From contig JALAGF010002173.1 in NCBI GenBank assembly GCA_030167865.1, positions 1 through 58,206 on the forward strand: DNA of 58,206 bases. Direction: 5' to 3'. Below, piece by piece: positions 24,325-35,150 of the stretch. The stretch comes from Craspedostauros australis (taxonomy: Eukaryota). Numbering within the stretch: position 1 is the stretch's first letter; each line of letters opens with the position of its first letter. Under the pieces are notes generated by a model. The model was given only the letters and a program-made list of their open reading frames with translations, was not told the DNA's origin and searched no databases. A program made the position numbers and the translations under genes.

Positions 24325-25560
24325 ATGTTCCGACACTCTGCCAGAATGAAAAGAGCACTCCGTCCCACCAGCCGAAGGATAGGGACGCTGGTCAGCATCG
24401 GCAACAGCGGCGGCGTCAACAGTCGCAGGAACGCAAGTGCTGCGCTTTCATCGTTGGGCCGACCATCGATGATTTCGAACTCTGTGGCCATCAATGCTGC
24501 AGGACAGAGCTGGGACGAAGGTTCCCACCGCATCGCAGCGCGATCGCAAGCGGCATTGTTCAGCTCGGCCAGCCCAAAGCTCGATGTGCCTGTCTCGAAC
24601 CTCACGTTCGACAAGAAGTCCTCCTTTGCGCCGCTGGAGCAATCCAATCTTGAAAAGATCGTTTTGGAGGATGTGGACGGTGATGACGAGAATGATGAGA
24701 ATGACGAAGCAGCTGCAAGCGATGATCTGGAGAAGCGTGACAACGACGAAGACGCGGAAGATTACGACGTCCATGAAGATGAAGATGAGGATCTCGATGT
24801 CACGGAGATGTTTTCCAAGCGCCATGTCCCGACCGCTGTCATTCCACTCCCGGAGCGGCTCAAGGTGGACGTGCGCCACGTGCTTGATGGCAGCACGAGC
24901 GGCACCATCCACCTGGATCCAACCGTCTTCGGCATTCAGCACATCCGCGTCGATCTCATCAAGCAGAACGTGGACTACATCCGCAGCAAGATGCGGGGAA
25001 AGCGCAAGGCGAAAACGAAGACGATCGGCGAAGTCAGCGGCAGCGGTCGCAAGGTGCGTCAGCAAAAAGGCACCGGCAAGGCCAGAGCAGGGCATTCGCG
25101 GCCGGCCCATTGGAGGGGCGGAGCCAAGGCGCATGGCCCCAAAAATACCAAGGACTACGGCAACGTCAAAATCAACAAGAAGACCAAGGCGTTGGCAATC
25201 TGCTCGGCCCTGTCCCAAAAGCTCAAGGAAGGCAACCTCATCGTTGTCGATCACATGAAGCTGTCAACCCACAAAACCAAGGAATGGGCAACGATGCTCA
25301 GCGACTACTTCGGCATCGCAGCCAAAGAGTCGTCCGCGCTCATCATCGACCATTACACGGCAGACGACGAGGAAGCGGAATCAGGCGCAGATGCATCCTA
25401 CCTCGGCGTGCCCGTCAATCTCTGGGTGGCATCCGGAAACCTGCACATGGTCAAAGTCGGTGGTACGGGAAAGCTGAATGTCTACGACATCCTCAAGAAG
25501 GACAAGCTCATCATCTCGCTGGCCGCGTTGGAACAGATCGAATCCAGATGGAAGCATTGA
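24325..25560 (+). CDS. MRPL4: Mitochondrial ribosomal protein uL4m (bacterial L4 type), 411 aa, intronless
   Basis: L4 motifs KTKTIGEVSGSGRK, QKGTGKARAGHSRPAHWRGGAKAHGPK, KINKK, LSQK and LNVYDILKKDKLII. The N-terminus (MFRHSARMKRALRPTSRR) is Arg/Ser-rich and acid-free, like a mitochondrial presequence, with no signal peptide. Confidence 0.92.
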   Translation: MFRHSARMKRALRPTSRRIGTLVSIGNSGGVNSRRNASAALSSLGRPSMISNSVAINAAGQSWDEGSHRIAARSQAALFSSASPKLDVPVSNLTFDKKSSFAPLEQSNLEKIVLEDVDGDDENDENDEAAASDDLEKRDNDEDAEDYDVHEDEDEDLDVTEMFSKRHVPTAVIPLPERLKVDVRHVLDGSTSGTIHLDPTVFGIQHIRVDLIKQNVDYIRSKMRGKRKAKTKTIGEVSGSGRKVRQQKGTGKARAGHSRPAHWRGGAKAHGPKNTKDYGNVKINKKTKALAICSALSQKLKEGNLIVVDHMKLSTHKTKEWATMLSDYFGIAAKESSALIIDHYTADDEEAESGADASYLGVPVNLWVASGNLHMVKVGGTGKLNVYDILKKDKLIISLAALEQIESRWKH

Positions 25561-25977
25561 TCGGTGCGCGGCAGAGTGTGGCGCAGGGTTGACTCATCGT
25601 TCTCTTCTATCTCGTTGTTCAAGAGAACATTCCTACTCGTATGTACGAGAAAAACTCGTGGTCTCGTGACATTGCCAGTCCCTTTGGGCCACAGGTGGAG
25701 AAGAAGAGGGAGCAACATAGATCTCTGTTCCTTTTGTAGAGCAGGAATAGGGCTACGGGTAGCAACACAAATACCACTCCAGAGCACTCTTTATTCGTAA
25801 TGGTTGACTGATGCCACGTCTAGCAAGTACACACAATGATTCCTCCATGGTGCACCTGATGCCGTATGCTATGCTATCTCTTTGCATGTCCAATTCGCTG
25901 CAGTCTTCGCCATGTTGGTCACCCTCCCAGTGCTTCCCAATCGCCCCAACTAAGAACGCAAATGTATTTCGAGTACT

Positions 25978-27698
25978 CTATTCCTCACCCCCGCCACCGT
26001 TGCCACCGCCATCACTCCCGCGTGTTATGCCATGCAACCGATTTCTGGTTCGCAAAAGCTTGACCGACGTCTGCTGCCGTAGCCGCTCCACCATCTGCAA
26101 CTGAGCCTCGAGCACTCCGATGGACCGATCCGCCTCCAGCGATGCATGCAGCGTGTTTTGCAAATTCTGCTCACACTCCTTGCCCTGCAGTTCGTTCTGA
26201 CTTACTTTGGCATCCACCTTGGCGAGCAACTTTTCCTGCTTTCGCACCGTGTGCTTCCAGTGCACGATCTCCATGCGCGCTCGCATCTGCTCCTTGCGCT
26301 TTTGCAATGCACTTACCTCGGATGACTTGGAGAGGGTGTTGCTGTTGGTTCTGCTGTTGTTGTTGCCGTTGCGGCTGTTGGTGGGGATAGGGGTGTCGGC
26401 GTTGACCTCGACCTCGACAGCGGCCTCGGTTCTTGCGTCTGTGCTTGATTGGGGAGTCATTTGGGTTGCAGATGCCACGGCTGATCCTGCCCTTTCTTGC
26501 GCTGTGACTGTCGGTTGCTGTTGCAATGGTAGCATGGGGTCAAATGTGTCTTGTTGCATGGATTCAGGATCTTGTCCACACGGAGGTAGTTTGGGATTAT
26601 GTTGTATGGCAGAATACGTTGTGTTGGGATCGATGTATTGCATTTGCATGGATGCACGCACGCACGCACGCGAAATGCACGGATGCAAGAATGGAAGGAA
26701 GGGGGAGGGGAGCATGGAAGAAAGATCGCGGCAGTCCCACAAGCACATGTTGAGACAGACGTGCGAGTAGCAACATATGCTGCATTCTCCGTGTCATTTG
26801 TGCTGGATCCTCTTCACAACTCGATTTACATGGTACATCCATGATGATTTGTACAAGTGCGGGTTGAAATTCCGCAAAGTTACACGCACGCGCTATCATG
26901 GACTATCCGTTCGAGTCATAGCCTGGGCCAGTTCGCCAGCCATCCATCAAGCCAGCCATCCCGCCAATCGACCAACCATGAAGCCTTGCAACGACGCAGA
27001 TCCGTGTCCAATTGCGCGCACAACATGGACTGTCACGATCCATTCTCACCAGTATTGAAGGACGCCGCGTGCAGCGGTTGAATGATCGGCGTGTGCTTCA
27101 TGCCCATGCTGACGCGGTCCATGCCGTACATGCGGGACGCGTAATCATGGTGCGTCGAGGACATGACGTCCAACGGGTTGCGGATGCGCACGAGATCGTC
27201 GGTTCCGCTTTGTCCGATGTTGCCGATGATGATGTCGACACCCAAAGCGGAGATGGGCGGGATCCTCCGTCGTTCGGGGAACGCGGATGTGGCAGCGTCG
27301 CTTGCACCCATCGACGTTGGAGACCGTCTCGATTCCAGCCGACGCAAGGCGCGTTCTCTGTTCTCCTTGGCACCCAGCAAGGCTGCCTTGGCCTTGCGCA
27401 ATGCTTCGAGCTGTCCCGTGCGCGACGAGCCGGTATCTTGTGCTTTTCCGGTCGCCGTCGCAGCGTTGCTGGCATTGCCGCTGTCGTTGCTGTCATTGTC
27501 GCCGTTGCTGACATTGCCGTTGGCATCGGCCAGCGAGGAAGATGCTTTGCTGGACAGCTCGGCAGCAAGCTTCTTCTCCTGGGCTTTTCGCAGCCTCTCC
27601 TTGAGCAATCCCAGGTGCTTGCGCTTGCGACTGTTGGAGCTGTCATCTTGCTGCTGCGGTTTGGTGGACGCTTCGCAGGTGGCCATGGCTTTGCGCAT
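25978..27698 (-). CDS. Uncharacterised coiled-coil protein, 2 exons, about 413 aa
   Basis: Exons 27698-27050 and 26570-25978 joined by a GTGAGA..AAG phase-1 intron (1242 nt in frame). Heptad-like helices include LKERLRKAQEKKLAAEL and VSALQKRKEQMRARMEI...LEAQLQMVERLRQQ. I recognise no family, and both ends are uncertain. Confidence 0.55.
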
Positions 27699-28519
27699 GA
27701 TGATACGGTGTCTCAAGAGCGAGGCAGAATGGAGCAGAATGGAGCAGAAGAGAGCACGAGTCTCTATGGATACACTCGTGCTACGAGTATGCGTGATGAC
27801 TCCTGTTTTGATTGGTTTTCGCCTCTTCCCTTTCCGTTTGGTGGTTTGGTTCCCTTGGCTTCATCCGTCTCTCGGCCTCCTTTTGTTGACATCAACGGAG
27901 GCAGACAGATTTTATCGACAGCTTGCGTGGGGCGTGTTGTTTGTCTCCACGCACAGCCGCACACCTCGCCGAAGGTCAGCGCACTGAAAACCGATGTGAT
28001 TGGTTGGCGCGATTCTGGTGGCTTTGTGATTTGTGTTGTTGGTCGGCTTTGTCTTTGCGTTTGTCTTTGCGCGCAAACGGCCCCTTTTCTTCGCCCCGAA
28101 ATTGTCGTGACTGAAGGTTCTTGACTGATTGAACAATAAAAAAGTAATATACAATACTACCGCATATCCTGTGTGTTCTCGATGACGTGGGCAAGTTGTC
28201 AACGTAATCACCAAAGGAACGCAATTTTTCACGCCACAAATCCGAAATCGTCTTCAAACCACACCTCAATGCCAACCAACAAGCATGTCATCAACATCAT
28301 CCACTGTGACGTTCTTCGTGCGAAACAAACACTCAAAAGCAGAGAGAAATCTCTGATGTCATTGTTGTCTGCAACACATTCTGCAGATCCCCCCACACTG
28401 CCCTTCCAATCTTGCTGACATATCATACCAGACATACAAGTGCCACAAGATTTGTATTGAGAGAGACGACGACGCTGACAACAACGACAACGACAACTGA
28501 AGAGGAGAGAGAAAGAAAA

Positions 28520-29686
28520 ATGAAGCACCACAACCTCCAGAAAGTCCGTGTAGTTGCATCCGTTGCGCTGCTGGTGCTGGCATCATGCTGCATCTCGGGG
28601 ACTGCGGCATTCTCCATGCCTCGATCCCATCCACCCACATCAGTCGCGCTTGCTTCGGCATTGAGAGCAGGCAGCCGCGGTAGCAACGCCAAGGCGCAGC
28701 GCAACAGCGATTCTGCTCTCAAGACTTCCACTGATTCCACCGATGTTGTCTCACCGACGACGGATTCCGAGAAGCCAGCAGACGCAACGACAGATGCATC
28801 GACGGAAGTGGCTTCCGAAGCAGCGCCAGCTGGCATCGCTGCCTCGATCCGCGAGACCTTCAAGATCCAGCCCTTCGTCGCCGTCTTCGTGGGCACCGTC
28901 CTCACTTACCTAGTCAACAACGAGCTGTCCTGGGGACCCATCCGTGCGGCGGCCTCCGTTGGAAGCATCGCAGCCATGGCCCTGCCTCCCAATTTGGCGC
29001 TGGCCACGCTCTGCGGCAGCTACGCTGGCATGGCCCGAACGACCGTCGTTCCCACCGTGGCATCGTCCGCCATTCTCGGCGCCGTCTGTGCCACTATCCT
29101 TGCCATCTTTGATCGTCTCAAGCTCTTCATCGGCATCGGCGGTCGCCTGGGATTCACGGCCCAGTGCGCCTGCACGCTGCAATTCCTCGTGGCCACCACG
29201 ATCTTTGCGTCGTCCGCCACGGGAGCGGCGTTGTTCCAGCCATTCGGCAGCTTCGGCAAGCTCGCCTCGGACCTGCCCTTCGTCGCCTTGTGGACCATCG
29301 TCGGAGCCTTCGGCGTCACGTATTGGCGAAACTTCTTCGCTGCGGAGGGCGAGGTATCCGTTGTGCGCACGCGTCTGTCATCCATGTCGGCGGCCGTCAG
29401 CATCGTCGGCTTGCTGGGCACCTTCGTGTCGCCCGCTGTGGCGGGACCCATCTACTGCGGCACCTTCGTGGCCATGGCGTCGCCGTTGCGCTTGCCCACC
29501 TACGGCAGTCTCCTGCTGGCCAGCATCATGGCCGGCGTGTCTCAGCAGCTTCTGTCCGCCGCGCTGCTTGGTGGATGGGGCGGCAAGCTTGGGACCGGGG
29601 CGTTTCTGGGCGTCGTCAGTTCCATGGGCCTCGCATCCATGTTTCGTGGGAAGAGCAACGACGAGCCGGTGCTTGTTTCGCCATGA
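28520..29686 (+). CDS. Plastid-targeted polytopic membrane protein with internal two-fold repeat, 388 aa, intronless
   Basis: Signal peptide ending TAA|FSM, followed by a Ser/Ala/Arg transit-like region (ASAFAP-type). About 8-10 hydrophobic segments follow. Repeated motifs are TLCGSYAGMA / IYCGTFVAMA and FIGIGGRLG / LGGWGGKLG. Third-position C bias is strong. Confidence 0.8.
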   Translation: MKHHNLQKVRVVASVALLVLASCCISGTAAFSMPRSHPPTSVALASALRAGSRGSNAKAQRNSDSALKTSTDSTDVVSPTTDSEKPADATTDASTEVASEAAPAGIAASIRETFKIQPFVAVFVGTVLTYLVNNELSWGPIRAAASVGSIAAMALPPNLALATLCGSYAGMARTTVVPTVASSAILGAVCATILAIFDRLKLFIGIGGRLGFTAQCACTLQFLVATTIFASSATGAALFQPFGSFGKLASDLPFVALWTIVGAFGVTYWRNFFAAEGEVSVVRTRLSSMSAAVSIVGLLGTFVSPAVAGPIYCGTFVAMASPLRLPTYGSLLLASIMAGVSQQLLSAALLGGWGGKLGTGAFLGVVSSMGLASMFRGKSNDEPVLVSP

Positions 29687-30084
29687 GAACGTCTTGATTA
29701 TGTGGATGTAAGTAGAGCAGTCCACATGCTCTCGTAGTACGAATAGGACGACATCCATTACCATTCGGAGTGCAAGACATAGAGCAGTGTGCTTTTCATG
29801 AGTATTCCATTCGAATTGTTGGTTGTCCAAACCCGCGAAGGTCTGTGCCATCAGTGCCGATCATGCCCACGAGTCTGGGAAGGGGGCCTCCAAAGTCGAC
29901 CAGAAGATTGTGCAATGAACTCTACTGCGTATGATAGTATCCAAGAAGAGTGACCTCAATATTGATGCTCTAGGTTATGGTGGCACTATCGCATTCTGCT
30001 GCTGTATCATATCATAACATACCATGCCATAGCATGTCATGGTGTGTTGGTCTACTGCGCTGTACTCATAGTTGCGGTTCGTGT

Positions 30085-31705
30085 TCAATTCAGGACCACT
30101 GAATTGAGCTTGTCCATCTGCTCCTTGGCCGATGCGGATGTGCCCAACCAGAAGCCCTTGTGGATGGCGGATTCCTTCTCCCAGAACTGTAGCATGGAAG
30201 TCTCGATCTTTCCAGTCAGTGCCTCCACGCCATCTTCCGTCACCAGCAGGGTATGCTCGAACTGGGCCGATTTCTTGCCATCAGTGGTCGTCGCTGTCCA
30301 ATCATCGGGCCAGTTCAGCACTCGAGCCGAGCCTTCGCAGATCATGGGCTCGATCGTGAAGGTGTGGCCGGCGCTCATCTGGCCGTTGGGTTCGTTGTTG
30401 CGGTAATGCAGGATGTTGGGTGTGGTATGAAAGACGCTACCGATTCCGTGACCGCAAAAGTTCTTGACCGACGAGTATCCCCGGTGCACGACGTACTCCT
30501 CCATGATGGCACCGAGATCCTTGTAGTCGCGTCCGGGCCGAACGTATTGGCATGCCGATATCCAGCAATCGTAAGTGGCCTGCAACAGCTTCTTCGTGCT
30601 CTCAGATGCTTCACCGGCGACAAACATCTCGCTGCAATCGCCGTGGTATCCATCGAGGTAGACGGTGATGTCCATGTTGACGACGTCACCATCCTGGAGC
30701 TTGCGGTCGTCCGGGATACCGTGGCAAATCACTTCGTTGACCGATGTGCAGCACGATTTGGGAAAGCCGTGGTAGTTGAGGGGGGATGGGTACGCACCTG
30801 CCTGTTCTTACCAGTTCGTCGTCGATTCGTATGCAAGAGCAAGAGTGGTTGCCACATTCACGTTCAAGTTCATGTTCACGTGAGTTGGTTTGATTTGATT
30901 TCGTATCCGCCAATTGCCAATTGCCATGGGCGAAATCAAGGAGAGAACAGAGTGCAGCGGAGAAGAATACAGTAGCACAGTGTGTCAGGTAATGATGGCG
31001 ATATGATACGGCGATATGATACGGTGATGAAGATACAATAGACAAGATCAATAGGAAGAAACTTGAAAGAATGGAAGGATCGAGTGTGCAAACAAGCAGG
31101 GCGTGTATAGCAATCTGTCTCTCTTCAGAGAGCATGTGGAACAGACACCACTGCTCCGCAACTAGCCAAGAATTTCCACATGAGCGCACCTTCACAATCT
31201 CGTTATGCACGATGGTATCGATCTCATCCGTGGTGACGCCCACCTGGACGGCTCGGCCCGCAATGTCGAGGATCTTGCGCGCGAGCCTCCCGGAGGCTCT
31301 CATCTTCTTGATTTCTTCCGGGGACTTGACCTCGATGACCCACGGCAACAGACCAGGCCCCTTCTTCTTGGGTATTCCATCCAAGGCGTAATCCGGCTTG
31401 ACGATGGATTCATCCAACACCAACCGTTGCGGACTCTGGATGCCCGGTCGGACGTCTCCGGCGTACGGGAATCTATCGAGCGTGGGACTGCTGGCGATCG
31501 CCGCAGCTCCAAAGCCGCCTCCAGTGACCTTTTTCTTGCCACCCTTCTTCTTTCCGCCGCTCTTCTTCTTGTTCATGAACAGCTGCGTGCGGGATGCGGT
31601 CGTCACGCTGCCAGACGCGGAAGGCTTGGCAGCGAGGAATCCATCCGTTCCGGCGACGAGGCAGCTCAGAACGAGCAGCGTTTGTACTGTGGAGGAGGTG
31701 ACCAT
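30085..31705 (-). CDS. MAP1: Methionine aminopeptidase type 1, plastid-targeted, 2 exons, 410 aa
   Basis: Exons 31705-31190 and 30801-30085 (GTGCGC..CAG; 1233 nt). Motifs GVTTDEID, GAYPSPLNY..SVNEVICHGIPD, metal ligands in NMDITVYLDGYHGDCS, GHGIG, FTIEPM and SAQFEHT. The presequence TDG|FLAA has F at +1. Confidence 0.95.
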
Positions 31706-34122
31706 GTTTGGATTCTGCGTGTTCGAGTACGAGCTATGATCTAATATGTCCTAATATGGTTTGAATGCAAGTTCGGTTTCCGAAGATGGCACTTGTTGCT
31801 GATGCAAGATGCAAGGTGACGTCAACTCGTTCGATGAGCGTGTTGGAGCGTGTTACGCTGCGTATGATTGAGAGCGCAAGTCCTTTTCCACTTGAGGATG
31901 CAATTGCTGTACGGATACACGGAGATCGATGTCCGCGATACGAGAACAAGCACAGCAAAGCACGATCTACTCTGCTCTGCTGTACGGCTGTTTTAGGGCT
32001 GTTCTGCCAAATCCTACGACGCCGTTGCTGATGCTGTCACCATGGTCGATCCATCTTGCGACGAACGATTCCGAAACGCGGTGTTGCTGTTTGCTTGGTT
32101 GACGTTTGCTGTTTGTTTTGTTTTGTTTTTCCTGGTTTCGTCAGCGTGTCACGGAAATTGAGACAATCGATTCGATGGACCCAAACACGGATCTTCGACT
32201 CGATGGACCAAATCATGTCCTTTTCGGAGCGGCATCAACGCACCTCATCCTGCTTCCCGCCAAAAATGACCAGTTGTTGGCGCTTGTGTTGGGCTCGTCC
32301 GTTGCGTATTTCGTCGACAAATCGTGCGGGAAGATGGTGGACGAAGTTGGTTGTTCTTTCGATCGTCATGTCGATCAAGGTGCCGACCAAGATGCGGATC
32401 TTGGCGCAAGCGTTTTGACTGCCACGCGAAGAAGAAGAAGAAGAAGACGCGGTCTTGTTTGTGACACATTGTGCTGTGCATTCGATCATGACTTCCCGCA
32501 TCGGCGAGGATATGTCGGTATCAGAAACGCTTCACATGTATCGCCATGCTGTGCAGAACATTCGATTCCGCGGTTGGGGACAGCAATCGGATTCAAAAAT
32601 TGGTGACATTCATGTTCCACCGCCTCCTTGGCGTTCATGCGCCTTCCAGATCTGATGTCAGCGTCAGTTGGTTTCTTCATTTTTGAATGCGGTGGCCAGA
32701 GCGGGGTGGAAATCGCGTAGCGACAGTGGCAAAATACACGACGAGAACGACGACGAACCAGAAGAAGAACAAAGGCGAGAAGACTGCTGTGTGCTACTCT
32801 ACGACCAAGGCCATGGAAAGGAGAAGAAAAACAGGAAGACGAGGCAATGACACTGGAACTGCGGGCGAGTCATCGTCGGTCGGAGTCCTGGCGGGGAGGC
32901 TTGGAAAGATCGTCGAACGCGATTCGTCGTCTGCCATAGATGTAAGGATGGACTCGTGCGAAAGTATACGTAATTCGGAAGCTGACTCTCCGATGCTTGT
33001 GTGTGGAAGTGCACGAGTGGCATACTTTGGCGCTTTGTATGAGGCGGGCTGCAAATTTACATGCTAATCAATGCATGTGGATGCCCATGTGATCGTGTGT
33101 TTCTCGACAATCCAATCGTATAGAGATCCACCACGCTGTATCTCTTTCCATCTGTTCCATCTGCATTGTTGCTTTACACCCAATGCCAATCGGTGTCGAC
33201 CATGGGTAACCCATGAGTGGCCCACATGCATCCGAGCTACATACCGCCCTCCTTTTTGTCCAGCGCCCCAAGGCCCAGTCGACGGAGTATCATCTGACGC
33301 ATTGAGTGGTGACTACCATACTGTACTATTATACTGAAGACAAAGCGTCCAGGCGTTGTACTATACGGATGAAACGGAAGAGAGTGGGATGAGTAGCATC
33401 CTTCCACCCACGAGCGACTATGTGCCATGCCCGTACCATCCATACTCGTGTCACCCTTTTCCCATGATCCGATTAGTGCCATCAATGGGGCATTCTTGTC
33501 CCACCGTCCCTCCATTGCCTCGCATTCTCTATTCTGCGATACAAACACCGAGTCATGAAGCCGACAAATTTTTCATGGTCCAACTCCGACAAAAATGGAA
33601 GAGAGGCACCACATGCATTAAAATGTGAGAGAAGTAATGTCATCAAATGCAACGGCACTTTGGTGCGCGGAGTCACGATTTTCTGGCTCCGTGCGCTGCC
33701 CAACGCACCGGTTCGGACAATCAATGTCGTTATGTCAGTATCCGGTTTCCGTCGTGTCAGTGTCCGGATGATAAAATTGTGCCTCAACCGGCCAATGAAT
33801 GTGCCCACACGTAACAGGAATCGGAGCACACGTACTAATGGGACTAAAGCCCGGGCATTTCAAAAATTAAACACATCCAACTCATCGCAGTCTCACTCTC
33901 GACGAAAAAACGACGAGACGAAACAACGCCGACGAGTGAACGACAAAATTATCTGCAGGGAGGGGGAAAACAACAACAGAAACAACGCGCAGTGAGGACC
34001 AACGGAGACATCGGAGTCCAACAAGGAGACAGATGATCGATGAATCCATTGGCTTCTGTTGTCCAACAACAGAGGCGCTCATACCACAGAGCATATCGTC
34101 GTAGCATCGTACTATACTATGT

Positions 34123-34148
34123 ACCATACCATACCATACCATACCATA
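34123..34148. repeat. (ATACC)n pentanucleotide microsatellite
   Basis: accataccataccataccataccata read directly from the sequence. Confidence 0.85.
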
Positions 34149-34770
34149 CACGCAAGCAAAGACAGATGAGGAACGCAACCAATAATTGTTGAGAGTGAAC
34201 CCAGCAGACGCATGTCAGCGAAGCAAGCAAGCAGGCATTCGATTCGTACATACTGCTGCAACAGCAGACTCGGTGCATACTCTACACGCCAAGTGCCGAC
34301 GCTGTAAAAGACGACACCGATCAAGTGAATTGGGAGAGACGAAGTAGTGATGGGCATGCGAGTGGATCATCATCACCATCATCATCGTCATCATCCAAAA
34401 GAACAGCATCCAAGCAACGCCAAAGAAACCACGAAACAGCGATTACACTAGTGACATTACCAGTGATAACGCGGGGCACAACGACGCCAAAAAAGCAGAC
34501 CCACCACTTCTGCTTCCGAGCTGCTCATAATCTCATCAGAAGAACAATCTGCACTCGTCCCAGCCGAAAACGCAGCCGCAATCGCCAACTGAAACGAAGC
34601 AAAGCCAGCAAGGTGAGTGCTCATCCAACATCGTTGATTTTCATCATCGTCGATTTTCCGCGGCGTCGGTGTTCATCATCGTCATTGCGCATTGCGTCGC
34701 ACTGCGTTGCCGTGCATTCCATTGCTTCCGAGTTTCATCATTGGCTTTCCGACTGGAAATGCCACGTTTC

Positions 34771-34809
34771 GCTTGCCCATTGAGCTTGCCCATTGAGCTT
34801 GCCCATTGA
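34771..34809. repeat. 13-bp tandem repeat x3 (GCTTGCCCATTGA)
   Basis: Three exact consecutive copies at 34771, 34784 and 34797. Confidence 0.9.
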
Positions 34810-35150
34810 ACTGCCTGCCTGTTTGCTGCCGTTGCATGCATTCATTGTCCGCATTTCTTCGCTTGCGTTCCATACCATGCCGATACCATACATGCCATTC
34901 ATGCCATTTTCATGCCATGCGTATCATGGTCGCAGACCAACACAATCCAACACATTCCGACACAATCCAACAACAACAACACCCCCACTCACGATTTTGT
35001 TCATCTGCGCGCTCGCTATGTCACACGATGATTCCTTCGCTCATGACATCTACTCACACAATGGCAATTCAAAACTCTGAGGTGCGCCCAGAAACGCCCG
35101 ACACAACGCAGACCAGCACGGCGACACGAGAAGTTCCCATCATACTCACA

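Noticed and set aside
27012-28124. 370-aa plus-strand ORF
   Set aside because: It is antisense to the coiled-coil gene and runs through its promoter, has a non-ATG start, and its composition does not look like a real protein.
32555-32582. TTCGATTCC resembling a tRNA T-loop
   Set aside because: No G before TTCG, and no T-stem, acceptor stem or A-box could be formed.
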